A DNA stretch of 64,000 nucleotides, from NCBI GenBank assembly GCA_963837955.1, contig CAWIPH010000002.1:4672001-4736000 (forward strand), given 5' to 3'. This document shows positions 41,174-51,300 of this stretch, in pieces. A model generated the notes under the pieces. It was not told the DNA's origin, ran no database searches, and saw only the letters and a program-made list of their open reading frames with translations. The DNA is from an uncultured Verrucomicrobiae bacterium. Its GTDB lineage: Bacteria; Verrucomicrobiota; Verrucomicrobiia; Chthoniobacterales; JAFAMB01. Each line of letters starts with the position of its first letter. Position 1 is the stretch's first letter. Both the position numbers and the translations under genes were made by a program.

Positions 41174-41278
41174 ATGGGTTCCCTAAAGAAAAGAAGGAAG
41201 GCCAAAATCGCCAAACATAAACGACGCAAACGTATGAAGGAGAATCGCCACAAGAAGCGTTTGCGGTACAAGTCCTAA
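41174..41278 (+). CDS. Small basic protein, bS22/mS38 (AURKAIP1/COX24 domain)-like (absent from ORF track)
   Basis: MGSLKKRRKAKIAKHKRRKRMKENRHKKRLRYKS*. Confidence 0.85.
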   Translation: MGSLKKRRKAKIAKHKRRKRMKENRHKKRLRYKS

Positions 41279-41294
41279 TCTTTAGGTTGACTCC

Positions 41295-43154
41295 ATGGCT
41301 AGATCGGAGTCAGCGAGTATACCGGTGCGTAGGCGGCTCCGATCTTTGGGTTTAGTGCACCACCTCTACACCAGTCGCAGAATTAGTGTGCTCGGTGCCT
41401 GTGCTCTCGTGCTGGTGGCGAGTGCCGCTCCCGGCGCTGACGTTCCGGCGAGCAAAGCTCCTGCCAAAAATCGCGACGTCGAACAAAGCCTGTTTTTCGA
41501 TGTGCGGCCGTCAGCCCCCGATCAGTCGCTTTCCAAGGCTTCCGAGAGAAAAGCGGACGCCGAAGCAGCGTTCATGCAGGGATTGATTTTAGAGGAAGAT
41601 GGTGACTATGACTCTGCCCTCGACGCATACACGAAATCGCTGCAGCTCGATCCTGGCGGTGATCCCCAAATCGCGATCCGGGTCGCTAACGAATATGTGA
41701 AGAGAGAAGAGATCCCTTCGGCGCTCGATCTTCTGAAGGATCTGGTCAAAGTGCGTCCAGACGAGGTTCAAGCATTTCTGAACCTCGCCGACATTTATCT
41801 GCGGCAACTTCGAAAACCGGATCTTGCTCTCCCTTATGCTGAGCAAGCTCTCCGCTTGGCACCGGATCGTCTGGCTGCGTATCAGACTCTTTTTGAAGTT
41901 TATCTTACGCTGAATCGCAAAAAGGCCGCGGAAGCTGTTTTGCAGCGCGCCCAGAAACTGGACAGCAACGACCCAGCCACTTGGCTGACCTTAGCTGATC
42001 TTAGCATTCACCTCTACTCCAACGAGAAAGGGGTCTTTCAATCCGGACGCGCAGCGGCGGTCGAACCGTACCTCAAGAAAGCGATTTCCTTGGCCAAAGA
42101 CGATGTAGACGTCTTTTCCAAGGTGGGAGATGCCTATGTCGAAATCAAAGAAATTCCGAATGCCATCGCTGCCTATTTGAAGGCGCTGGAGCTTGCCCAG
42201 GGCAACGCCGAAATCAGGTACAAACTTGCTCAAAGCTTCCTCAAGACCGGCCAACGGGATGAAGCAATTCGGGCCTTGGAAGAAATGATCAAGACCAACT
42301 CCTTACGTCCAGAAAGCTATGAATTTTTGGCGCGCTTGTACCAGGAAAGCGGCAATCTCGAGCGAGCGCTCAGCAATTACCAGCAAGCGATTCTCCTGGC
42401 TCCAAACCAGCCTGAAAACTTTCTGCACGCAGCGGAAATGCAATTGGAGCTCAAAAGATTCGATGACGCGATTGTGACGCTCCAACAGGCTCGCCATCGC
42501 TTTCCCATACCGCAAATGACCTACAGTCTAGCGGTGGCCTTAAGCACCGCTAAACGCTATTCGGATGCTCTCCCGATCTACGAAGCCGCGCTTCAGGAAG
42601 CAAAGAATTCTCAGCCGGAAGTGCTGGATGCAGCGTTCTACTTCAACTATGCCGTGGCCGCTGAACAATCGAACCTGATAGAGAAAGCCGCCGGACTCTT
42701 CAAACAATGCATAGAACTTGATCCGTCCAAAGCCGCCCAAGCCTACAATTATCTGGGGTTCATGTACGTCGACCGAAGCATGAACCTCGATGAGGCCGGG
42801 GCGATGATAAAGAAAGCGCTTGAACTTGAACCCGATAATGGCGCTTACATTGATAGCCTTGGCTGGTACTACTATCACACGGGAGAATATGCCAAGGCGC
42901 TGACCGAACTGCTCCGGGCCCTCGAAAAATTGAAACCGGAGGATCCGGTTGTTCTGGAGCACGTCGGCGATACTTATCAAGCTCTGAACAATTTAGGCGA
43001 AGCCGAAATCTATTGGCAGAGGGCGCTCAAGCTCGATCCCGCGAACCAGAAGCTGGTTGCCAAGATCGACGGTTCAAAAGCAAAATTGACATCCAACCCG
43101 GTCGGCACGGCGACTCCGTTGCCAAAACCAAGCCCCAGTCCAAGTCTACACTAG
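41295..43154 (+). CDS. Exported TPR-repeat protein
   Basis: Many TPRs incl. AYNYLGF...ALELEPDNGAYIDSLGW, LEHVGD; signal-like segment; start may be GTG 41355. Confidence 0.9.
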   Translation: MARSESASIPVRRRLRSLGLVHHLYTSRRISVLGACALVLVASAAPGADVPASKAPAKNRDVEQSLFFDVRPSAPDQSLSKASERKADAEAAFMQGLILEEDGDYDSALDAYTKSLQLDPGGDPQIAIRVANEYVKREEIPSALDLLKDLVKVRPDEVQAFLNLADIYLRQLRKPDLALPYAEQALRLAPDRLAAYQTLFEVYLTLNRKKAAEAVLQRAQKLDSNDPATWLTLADLSIHLYSNEKGVFQSGRAAAVEPYLKKAISLAKDDVDVFSKVGDAYVEIKEIPNAIAAYLKALELAQGNAEIRYKLAQSFLKTGQRDEAIRALEEMIKTNSLRPESYEFLARLYQESGNLERALSNYQQAILLAPNQPENFLHAAEMQLELKRFDDAIVTLQQARHRFPIPQMTYSLAVALSTAKRYSDALPIYEAALQEAKNSQPEVLDAAFYFNYAVAAEQSNLIEKAAGLFKQCIELDPSKAAQAYNYLGFMYVDRSMNLDEAGAMIKKALELEPDNGAYIDSLGWYYYHTGEYAKALTELLRALEKLKPEDPVVLEHVGDTYQALNNLGEAEIYWQRALKLDPANQKLVAKIDGSKAKLTSNPVGTATPLPKPSPSPSLH

Positions 43155-44449
43155 GCTACTTGGAATTCCGGATCCCGCCGCACCAGGAAAGGTTCGACGC
43201 GAGCGAAGACCTTTGGAGAAACCATCGCCACGACGTTAGCGTGCCGGTCGTCGTAATTGAGGCTTAGAACGTGGCTGGTGCGATGCAATAGGGAAAGCAA
43301 TTCTGTCCGCGAAAGCGGCAACGCAAGTTCCACTTTCGTAACCCACTCTCGGAGCATCTCGCCACAGAGATGGAGTAGCTCTCCCAATCCTTCTCCGGTA
43401 TGAGCGGAGCCGAAAATTGCATCAGGAAAGTGCAACCGCAACGCATGGAGGGAGCTGGTGTCTTGCACCCGATCAACTTTGTTGAGCAAGGTGATTACCC
43501 GTTTCGTGTCAGCACCCAACTCGCTTAGCACACGCATGGTGGTGTCGTAGAAGTCGTAGACTCGCGGATGGCTGGCATCAAGCACGTGAATCAGGAAATC
43601 GGCCAGGGTCGCTTCCTCCAAAGTCGCCTTGAACGCCTCCACTAATCGATGCGGCAAATTACGAACGAAACCTACTGTGTCGGTTACCAACAATTTTTGA
43701 CCGCCTTCTAGATCAACCCGTCGCGTTTTTGGATCCAGGGTGACGAAGAGTTTGTTATCCACCAAGACCTCCGCCCCGGTTAAACGACGCAAGAGAGAAG
43801 ATTTGCCGGCGTTCGTGTAGCCAACAATCGCAGCATGCGGCAGCGGCAAACGTTGCCGCTGTTTTCTCTGGGTGGCACGTCGAGCCCGCACAAGCTCCAA
43901 ATCCGCTTTCAATCGATCGATCTGCTTGCGTACGAGCCGGCGGTCTGTTTCAAGTTGCGTCTCACCCTCACCTTTTGCCCCAAGGCCGCCGGCCTGTCGG
44001 CTTAGGTGACCCCACGCCCGGGTCAGCCGGGGCAATGAATATTCAAGCCGAGCCAGATCGACCTGAAGTCGAGCTTCTTTCGTGTGAGCACGCTGGGCAA
44101 AGATATCCAAAATGATCTCCTGCCGATCGACAACAGCCACCTTGGCGAGATCCTCCCAATGCCGCTGCTGCGCTGGCTGAAGCTCATTATCGAACACAAT
44201 CACATCCGCTCCCAGTTGGTGCGCGTGAGCGGCTATTTCTTCCGCCTTGCCCGATCCAACAAAGTAGCGCGAGCTGGGCTGCGCTACCCGGATTAGCTGC
44301 TTTTCCGCCACGGGGATAGCAAGCGTTTCCACCAGCGCGGCTAATTCGTCCAAGAGACTTTCTGATTCTTCACGCTCCGCCGGCGCCTGAAACACGGCGA
44401 CCAAGAGAGCCTTTTCGACCAACTTAGGTTTTTCGCTAATATCAAACAT
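43151..44449 (-). CDS. hflX: Ribosome-associated GTPase HflX
   Basis: ILDIFAQRA, GEGETQLETDRR, VGYTNAGKSS, DTVGF, NKVD. Confidence 0.96.
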   Translation of the reverse strand: MFDISEKPKLVEKALLVAVFQAPAEREESESLLDELAALVETLAIPVAEKQLIRVAQPSSRYFVGSGKAEEIAAHAHQLGADVIVFDNELQPAQQRHWEDLAKVAVVDRQEIILDIFAQRAHTKEARLQVDLARLEYSLPRLTRAWGHLSRQAGGLGAKGEGETQLETDRRLVRKQIDRLKADLELVRARRATQRKQRQRLPLPHAAIVGYTNAGKSSLLRRLTGAEVLVDNKLFVTLDPKTRRVDLEGGQKLLVTDTVGFVRNLPHRLVEAFKATLEEATLADFLIHVLDASHPRVYDFYDTTMRVLSELGADTKRVITLLNKVDRVQDTSSLHALRLHFPDAIFGSAHTGEGLGELLHLCGEMLREWVTKVELALPLSRTELLSLLHRTSHVLSLNYDDRHANVVAMVSPKVFARVEPFLVRRDPEFQVA

Positions 44450-45635
44450 GCTTTTTTGCAAAGAAGGTGCGGATGGCGCCGATCACTACACCGATCTCGT
44501 CATCTGTTAGCTCCGGAAAAATCGGCAACGCCAGACACTCCTTGGCTGCGCGTTCCGCTTCTGGAAAATCGCCATCACGATAACCAAGATTTCGAAAACA
44601 ATCTTGTTGATGCAAAGCGAGCGGATAATAAATCTCTGTGCCGACCCCAACCTCTTGCAAACTTGCTCGGAGGGCGTCACGGCGCTTCGTACGTATTACG
44701 TATTGATGGAAGATGTGACCAGCAGAGCCACAGGTCTCTCGATAAGGTTCGACCGGCAGCATCAGATCCGGACCTAGGTTCCGGAGCGCTTCTCGGTATG
44801 CTTGAGCTATCTCCCATCTCCGCCGCGACCAAGCGCCAAGATGCGGCAATTTTTTAAGCAAGACGACTGCCTGCAACGCATCCAAGCGAAAGTTTCCCCC
44901 AATCTGCCGGTGGTAGTATCGCGTCTCCATACCGTGGTTTCGCAACACGCGAAGCCTGTGCGCAAGATGCGAATCATTTGTGACCACCAACCCCGCGTCA
45001 CCAAACGCACCGAGGTTTTTTGTAGGATAGAAGCTGAAAAAGCCGGCGAGCCCAGTTCCTCCGGCCCTTCGTACACCATCACGAGATAGATACTCTGCAC
45101 CAATCGCTTGAGCCGCGTCCTCGATCACTGGAAGATTCCACCGCGCAGCAACCTCTGCAATGGACGGCAGGTCGCCACAGAGACCGAAGAGGTGTACGGG
45201 GATCACGGCCCGAAGCCGTCTACCATCATGCGTCTGGACCCCACTCGGAGTCGATACACAGCTCTTCTGGAGGAACTCCTCCAACCGCTCAGCCGAAAGC
45301 GCAAATGTGTCCGCTTCAATGTCGATGAAAATTGGGGTAGCGCCGACTCTAGAAATACAGCCAGCAGTCGCAAAAAAAGTGAATGGCGTCGTCAATACCG
45401 CGTCGCCGGGCCCGATCCCCAAAGCCATCAAGGTCAGAAGTTGGGCATCAGTTCCGGAGGAAGTACCGACCGCGTAGGCCGCCCCGGCCAAGGCAGCTAT
45501 CTCGCGCTCAAACTCTTCGACTGACGGCCCCAGAATAAAGCTTTGCTGGTCGCACAACGCCGCAATTCCGGAAAGGATATCCTCTCGTAACGGCAAATAT
45601 TGTCTCAGCAAATCAAAAAATGGAACCTTGGTCAC
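44442..45635 (-). CDS. DegT/DnrJ/EryC1/StrS family PLP aminotransferase
   Basis: SSGTDA, TPFTFFATA, PVHLFG, IEDAAQAIGA, SFYPTKNLGAFGDAG; start uncertain. Confidence 0.93.
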   Translation of the reverse strand: MTKVPFFDLLRQYLPLREDILSGIAALCDQQSFILGPSVEEFEREIAALAGAAYAVGTSSGTDAQLLTLMALGIGPGDAVLTTPFTFFATAGCISRVGATPIFIDIEADTFALSAERLEEFLQKSCVSTPSGVQTHDGRRLRAVIPVHLFGLCGDLPSIAEVAARWNLPVIEDAAQAIGAEYLSRDGVRRAGGTGLAGFFSFYPTKNLGAFGDAGLVVTNDSHLAHRLRVLRNHGMETRYYHRQIGGNFRLDALQAVVLLKKLPHLGAWSRRRWEIAQAYREALRNLGPDLMLPVEPYRETCGSAGHIFHQYVIRTKRRDALRASLQEVGVGTEIYYPLALHQQDCFRNLGYRDGDFPEAERAAKECLALPIFPELTDDEIGVVIGAIRTFFAKKHV

Positions 45636-45836
45636 TCCTTCAGAATTCTTACGCCGCGCGAATATCGGCGCACCAGCCAATCGGTGCAAACCAAAAGGAG
45701 GATGGAACTCGATCGAAATCATCGCTTGCTAACCGCTGCCCGCTTTCGCCAACAAATTACTCCTTGATGAAGTTGTCTCGATGCGTCCAGGCGATCTTCC
45801 CAGAGCGATCTGATAGGGCAGGAGAACCTTTTCTTT

Positions 45837-46238
45837 ATGATAAAATTCACGTTTACCATCGTGGCAGCACTAGGTTTACCTCTTGGTCTGATGGGGGCGG
45901 ATGAGCAAAATCCGGTTCAGAAGAGCGAAAATTCGGTGAAGAAGGCAGCGAGCGACACCGGAAATACACTCAAGAAAGGCACGAAAGCTACGGCACGAAC
46001 CATAGGCAAAGGAATCGAAAATACCGGAAAGACGATTGAAAAAGCCGGAGCGACTCCGATGAAGAAGCGCCCCCATCGCCAAAAAACATCGCCGTCGCGT
46101 TCGCCCTCAGCTTCCCCAAGCCCCAAGCCCACGCCCACGATTAGTCCCTCGCCGAGCGCCACGCCCGTTCCGAGTCCTAGCCCGCAACCGGGAATGACTC
46201 CGAGCCCGGTTTCCCCTACTCCGACTCCAACCACCTAA
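45837..46238 (+). CDS. Secreted low-complexity protein: 11-mer repeats plus Pro/Ser/Thr-rich tail
   Basis: Signal-like N-terminus; ENSVKKAASDT/GNTLKKGTKAT/ARTIGKGIENT/GKTIEKAGATP; (S/T)P tail. Confidence 0.7.
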   Translation: MIKFTFTIVAALGLPLGLMGADEQNPVQKSENSVKKAASDTGNTLKKGTKATARTIGKGIENTGKTIEKAGATPMKKRPHRQKTSPSRSPSASPSPKPTPTISPSPSATPVPSPSPQPGMTPSPVSPTPTPTT

Positions 46239-46240
46239 AC

Positions 46241-46255
46241 TGCCCCACAGGGGCA
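46241..46255. terminator. Short GC hairpin between convergent genes
   Basis: TGCCCC-ACA-GGGGCA. Confidence 0.35.
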
Positions 46256-46278
46256 ATTGTGAAGGTTGGCGCCCCAAA

Positions 46279-47694
46279 TCAGCAGACTATTTCACCGCGG
46301 AGATCGTATACCTGCGAGCCGGTAATTCGAACAGTTGCGAACTCGCCCACCGGACCCGGATTTTCCAACAAGACTCGGGTATCCACTTCCGGTGCGTCGC
46401 CTTCCCCGCGAGCAACAAGCGGTTGTTCAACCAGTACTCTCAGTCTGGAATGCAATTTGGCATCCGAGTGTTGCCGAGCAATTCTTTGCTGTAACTCCAT
46501 CGCCTCCTGATATCGCGCTCGCTTCACCTCTGTCGCGACCTGGTTCGGCATCTTCGCCGCGCGGGAACCTTCCTCCTGCGAATACATGAAAACTCCTAAT
46601 CGCTCAAAGCGGACGCGCTCGATAAAATCCAGAAGCGCCCGGAAATGCTCGTCCGTCTCGCCTGGAAAACCTACGATGAAAGTCGTCCGCAAGGTCACCC
46701 CGGGAATGCCCTCCCGAATTGCCGAGATGAGGTCCTCGATATGCTGGCGTGATGTCTCCCGCCGCATTGAGAGGAGCATCTCGTCATGAATATGCTGTAG
46801 CGGCATGTCGATATATCGCGCTACCTTCTGATTGGTCGCGATTGCTCTGATTAGCTCCGGGCTCCAGTGCGCAGGATGCGTGTAAAGCAGACGTACCCAA
46901 AAGTCTCCAGCTACTCCTTGCAGGCGCTCTAAGAGGTGGATCAAGCTTTGACCTCGGTTAGGATCAACTGGTTGACGCGGACTCGCTTTTTCTGCCCAGA
47001 GATCCATACCGAAATAGGTCGTATCCTGACTGATCAAATTGAATTCCTTCACGCCTTCTGCCACCAGGTGCCGAATTTCCGTTTCCACCGATTCGATCGA
47101 ACGGCTGCGATGCCGCCCACGCATCTGCGGGATAACGCAAAAACTGCACGGATGGTTACAGCCTTCCGCGATCTTTACATACGCATAATGGGCCGGAGTA
47201 AGTCGAAAACGCGGCGTGTCGAAATCGGGGATGAATTTTGACTTTGCAGTGACCAGATTCAGCGGCGCCTCTTCTTTTCTCTGGCTCAAAACGCGCTCGA
47301 CGATTGAGCCAGCTTCGCCCACTTGGTCCAAACCAAGAAACGCATCGACCTCCGGAAGTGCTGAAGAGAGTTCCGAGGCGAATCGCTGCGACATGCACCC
47401 GCTAACCACCAGCTTCTGGTGCTTCCGCTTCTGGAGACCACGTTGCTGGTGTGCCTCCAAGATTGCATCGATCGATTCCTCCTTGGCCGAATCAATGAAG
47501 GCGCAGGTATTGACGATCAATACATCGGCGTCTTCAGCTGTACTGGTGATCTCCATGCCTCTTCGGCGCACGTCGCCAAGCATGATTTCCGCATCCACCA
47601 AGTTCTTAGCGCAGCCCAGGCTGATCATCCCAACCTTCACCGGCCGGCGGAGACCGAGCACCTGCGATGCGACAACGGGAGTATGAGAGGACAT
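46279..47694 (-). CDS. rimO: Ribosomal protein S12 methylthiotransferase
   Basis: SLGCAKNLVDAE, NTCAFI, KIAEGCNHPCSFCVIP, FIVGFPGET, C-terminal TRAM. Confidence 0.96.
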   Translation of the reverse strand: MSSHTPVVASQVLGLRRPVKVGMISLGCAKNLVDAEIMLGDVRRRGMEITSTAEDADVLIVNTCAFIDSAKEESIDAILEAHQQRGLQKRKHQKLVVSGCMSQRFASELSSALPEVDAFLGLDQVGEAGSIVERVLSQRKEEAPLNLVTAKSKFIPDFDTPRFRLTPAHYAYVKIAEGCNHPCSFCVIPQMRGRHRSRSIESVETEIRHLVAEGVKEFNLISQDTTYFGMDLWAEKASPRQPVDPNRGQSLIHLLERLQGVAGDFWVRLLYTHPAHWSPELIRAIATNQKVARYIDMPLQHIHDEMLLSMRRETSRQHIEDLISAIREGIPGVTLRTTFIVGFPGETDEHFRALLDFIERVRFERLGVFMYSQEEGSRAAKMPNQVATEVKRARYQEAMELQQRIARQHSDAKLHSRLRVLVEQPLVARGEGDAPEVDTRVLLENPGPVGEFATVRITGSQVYDLRGEIVC

Positions 47695-47709
47695 GATCGA
47701 GTCGACTCC

Positions 47710-48618
47710 TTATTCGATGACGATGCTGCTATCCGGGCTGGCGACTGCTTGACCGTTTTTCCGGAGCTCCAGCGCATTCTTGTCGAGCAATTTCAGCCAG
47801 AAACGCTTTCCTTGAACTACAATAGGAGGGCTGCGCGGGCTGATAAAGTCGTTGAATATTGGTTCGCCATTTTGCTTGTCCTTGGTCACGCGCAACCAGG
47901 TCCGTTCCCGAACTCTAATCTCAAGTGTGTCGTCGGCGGCTGGGCTGGACGCTGGGGATGGGCTCGCTTGGGTTACATCTTCAGCAGGCGTCACGGGAAG
48001 TGCCCTCCGCACTTCAGGCGACGGTTCCGGAGAAGCGGTAGGGGAAGGAGTCGCTTGGACAACAGAAACGCTGGCAGATGGAGTGGGCGAGGCTAAGCCT
48101 TCTTTGGTTTGCTCGCCGGCGCCTGCTGTCTGCGAAGGCGACCGTTTCATCTCGGGCGACGCAGAATCGATCGCCGTCTGATCAGTGGAGGAGGTTCCTC
48201 CGTTTAATCGAGAAATATTGATAGCTAAGAAGGATATGGCCGGTACCCCGACCAGGATAAGGAGCGCGAGGACCGCTAATAGCACCGGCGAGATCTTAAA
48301 TCCAGTTAACTCTCGTCGGCGTGGCTCCGGTTGGTACTTTGCAGGCGGCGCAGCTTTCAGATAGTGGTATTCGCCGAGCCCAACTGTGCTGCCTACCTGA
48401 ATCTGTTCGAGGTCGTCCTGGATATCGACGCCCAAATGCTTTGCATATTTGACAAGGAAGCTGCGGGCGTAGACCAGGCTAGGGAAATGCGACAGGTCAT
48501 CTCCCTCTAGATCAACAATCCGTTCCGGGCGAATTTTCGTCGCTGCGGCAACTTCATCGACGCTCCAATGCTTGGCTTGTCGCGCCTTTTGCAGCCTCCT
48601 TCCAACTGTCTCAACCAT
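47710..48618 (-). CDS. rodZ: RodZ-like protein (HTH, TM, DUF4115)
   Basis: GRRLQKAR...ATKIR...YARSFLVKYAKHLGV, single TM, P/S/T linker, TWLRVTKD. Confidence 0.85.
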   Translation of the reverse strand: MVETVGRRLQKARQAKHWSVDEVAAATKIRPERIVDLEGDDLSHFPSLVYARSFLVKYAKHLGVDIQDDLEQIQVGSTVGLGEYHYLKAAPPAKYQPEPRRRELTGFKISPVLLAVLALLILVGVPAISFLAINISRLNGGTSSTDQTAIDSASPEMKRSPSQTAGAGEQTKEGLASPTPSASVSVVQATPSPTASPEPSPEVRRALPVTPAEDVTQASPSPASSPAADDTLEIRVRERTWLRVTKDKQNGEPIFNDFISPRSPPIVVQGKRFWLKLLDKNALELRKNGQAVASPDSSIVIE

Positions 48619-48668
48619 CTTGCTGGAAATCCTTAGACCAATTCAAAAAAAGAAATCATTAACCCGAA

Positions 48669-51053
48669 TTAAAAAGCCCCTTGATCGACCCCAGAGTCTG
48701 GGGTTAAGGCATCCAGATTGACCAAGATCTGCCTTGGTCTAGCCCCATCACCAGGGCCCAAAATGCCTCTCTGTTCCAGAATGTCAACTATCCGCGCCGC
48801 CCGAGTGTAGCCGAGACGCAAACGGCGCTGCAACATCGAGGTAGAAGCCCTCTTTTCCTGGCGGATGATCTCCAAACACTTGTTGACCAGTTCAGCGTCT
48901 TCGTCGCTCACATCGTCTTCTCCCGTAGCCGGCATCTCCAATTGAGTCTGCACGGCCGGGTCAAAATCGGGAGCTCCCTGGGCTGAAACAAATTCTACAA
49001 GTTTATGAATTTCTTCATCGGTAACGAGCACACCCTGAGAGCGCACCAACCGAGACGTCCCGGGCGGGCGATAGAACATGTCGCCCTGACCCAAAAGGCG
49101 TTCAGCTCCGTTCTCGTCTAGGATAACCCGGCTATCCAAACTAGACGCGACCTGAAAGGCGATTCGCGTCGGAATATTTGCCTTAATCACTCCGGTAATG
49201 ATGTCTGCCCGCGGCGTTTGAGTCGCGACTATCATGTGAATGCCCGCCGCTCGCGCCATTTGAGTAATTCGAGCGATGGCACTCTCGACATCTGCTGGTG
49301 CTGTCTGCATTAAATCGGCCAACTCGTCTATAATAACGACGATATGGGGCAACTTGTCGGGAATGACCAAGTCATCGTCCCGGGCCCCTCCAACCACCGC
49401 ATGGTCCATCTCTGTTGATCGCCCCAAGGCCTCTAACTCTTTCTGCGACTTCGGCTTTGGGCGCGCGTTAAAGGCCGTGATATTTCTCACTCCTGATTGA
49501 GCGAAGATCCGGTAACGTTCCTCCATTCTCTGGATGACCCATCGGAGGGCGAGCAGGACCTTTTTCGGGTCGGTCACCACCGGCATGATCAAATGCGGAA
49601 GGGTGTTGTACATCTGCATCTCGACGACCTTCGGATCAATCATCACAAAACGGAGATCATCTGGTTTAAATCGGAAAAGGATGCTAGCGATAATCGCATT
49701 GATACAGACGCTTTTGCCGCTTCCGGTCGTTCCGGCGACCAGGCAATGCGGCATTTGCGCCAAATCCCCAAGAACGATTTTGCCGTATACGTCTTTCCCG
49801 AGCACGATCGGGATGCGCATGGGGGTTCGGATCCATTCCTCGGACTCAAGGATCTCCCGTAGCGCAACCTTTACTTTTTTCGTATTTGCGATCTCGATGC
49901 CGACCGTGTCCTTCCCTGGAATCGGTGCCAAAATGTTTATCCTCTCAGCCCGGGTCGCGCGAGCCAAGTCCCGTTCCAGGCTGCTGATCTTGTCGACACG
50001 AACGCCTCTAGCCGGATAGACCTCGTAGCGCGTTATGGTAGGTCCTCGAGTAATGTCGCCAGGGCTGACATCGATGTTGAATTGCTTCAGCGTATCAACC
50101 AAAACGCCTTGGATTTGCTTCAATTCGGTGGGATCGGTCGCTTTCCGATTTTCAACGTCGATCTCGTCCAGCAGCGTCACCGGGGGAAGGTCGTAATCTT
50201 GAATCTTACTAGATCGCAGACCGCGGCTTGACTTGGAAAGCTCACCCGAGGCCGCCGCCTTGGCGCGGATGGGTACACTGGCTGCGCTATCGATAATTAT
50301 GCTCTCTCGACGATCGAAGTCCTCCGTTTGTCCACCTGTAGGCGCGACTCCTTGTTTCTTGAGCATTCGCTCTTGCCGGCGAATTTCGCGCTCGATCTTC
50401 TTTTGGTTGGCGTCCAGGCGTTCGCGCTCGTCCGATGCTTCCAATTTTTTGCGCTCATTTTCGTCTGCCATCTTTCTAAACAAGCCCTTCATTCCGGAGC
50501 CGATCTGCTTGATAACAAGAACCGGTCGGATTCCTGTGATCCAGATCAGACTGACGAGATAGATCACTACCAACGCGATGACAGATCCCGCCTGGCCCAA
50601 GACATTCTGCAGAAAGGCGTTTCCGATCCATTTCCCGGCAAACCCGCCAGGGCCCTCGACTTTAAACTCTTGCTGCCAGGTTCGAAGAAACCAGGGTTGC
50701 AACTGGACAAGCGCGGCACCAGTGAGCACGAAAACTACTGCCCAGGGGAGACGCTTAAAAATTCGAAACCCAGGCAAAAATAACTTGGCTCCGCCCAGGC
50801 CCAAAAAAAGACAAGCGACGAGGTAAGCTGCGGCGCCAAATGCAAAGTAGAGGACGCCAGCGATGATGGCACCCGTCGGACCGATAAAATTCTGGGTGGG
50901 ATCGTTCGAAGGACTAACATAACTGATCTGGAACCAGGACGGAACGTCGCGAGGGTCGTAGGAGATCAGAGCGAGGAAAAGAACGGTACCAATCCCCAAC
51001 GCGATCAATCCGAAAACTTCGTTCCAAGCGTTATGCCGATGGGCCTTGGCCAT
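48669..51053 (-). CDS. ftsK: DNA translocase FtsK/SpoIIIE
   Basis: N-terminal TMs, AGTTGSGKS, IDELADLM, ARAAGIH, gamma domain STSMLQRRLRLGYTRAAR. Confidence 0.96.
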   Translation of the reverse strand: MAKAHRHNAWNEVFGLIALGIGTVLFLALISYDPRDVPSWFQISYVSPSNDPTQNFIGPTGAIIAGVLYFAFGAAAYLVACLFLGLGGAKLFLPGFRIFKRLPWAVVFVLTGAALVQLQPWFLRTWQQEFKVEGPGGFAGKWIGNAFLQNVLGQAGSVIALVVIYLVSLIWITGIRPVLVIKQIGSGMKGLFRKMADENERKKLEASDERERLDANQKKIEREIRRQERMLKKQGVAPTGGQTEDFDRRESIIIDSAASVPIRAKAAASGELSKSSRGLRSSKIQDYDLPPVTLLDEIDVENRKATDPTELKQIQGVLVDTLKQFNIDVSPGDITRGPTITRYEVYPARGVRVDKISSLERDLARATRAERINILAPIPGKDTVGIEIANTKKVKVALREILESEEWIRTPMRIPIVLGKDVYGKIVLGDLAQMPHCLVAGTTGSGKSVCINAIIASILFRFKPDDLRFVMIDPKVVEMQMYNTLPHLIMPVVTDPKKVLLALRWVIQRMEERYRIFAQSGVRNITAFNARPKPKSQKELEALGRSTEMDHAVVGGARDDDLVIPDKLPHIVVIIDELADLMQTAPADVESAIARITQMARAAGIHMIVATQTPRADIITGVIKANIPTRIAFQVASSLDSRVILDENGAERLLGQGDMFYRPPGTSRLVRSQGVLVTDEEIHKLVEFVSAQGAPDFDPAVQTQLEMPATGEDDVSDEDAELVNKCLEIIRQEKRASTSMLQRRLRLGYTRAARIVDILEQRGILGPGDGARPRQILVNLDALTPDSGVDQGAF

Positions 51054-51060
51054 TTTGCCT

Positions 51061-51088
51061 AGTTTAGTTCCTTGCCCAGGGCTTTCAA
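51061..51088 (-). promoter_or_regulatory. Putative sigma70 promoter for ftsK (leaderless geometry)
   Basis: Minus strand TTGAAA-16 nt-TAAACT-7 nt-ATG. Confidence 0.5.
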
Positions 51089-51300
51089 TCTTGTTTGCAA
51101 GGAAACCGCAAGGCCAGCTCGCTGGATCTGATCTGTTGCACTACTATTATGAAACGATACCAAAATCAGCAATGGGAATTCGAGGTCGGCGCCGCGATGC
51201 TTTGAACGATATGCCAAATCAAAATAAGAACCGATCTTTAATTTGAATCGCAAATCGATTTTGCTCCTAACAGGAATGATGGTTCCGTAATCTAGACAAA

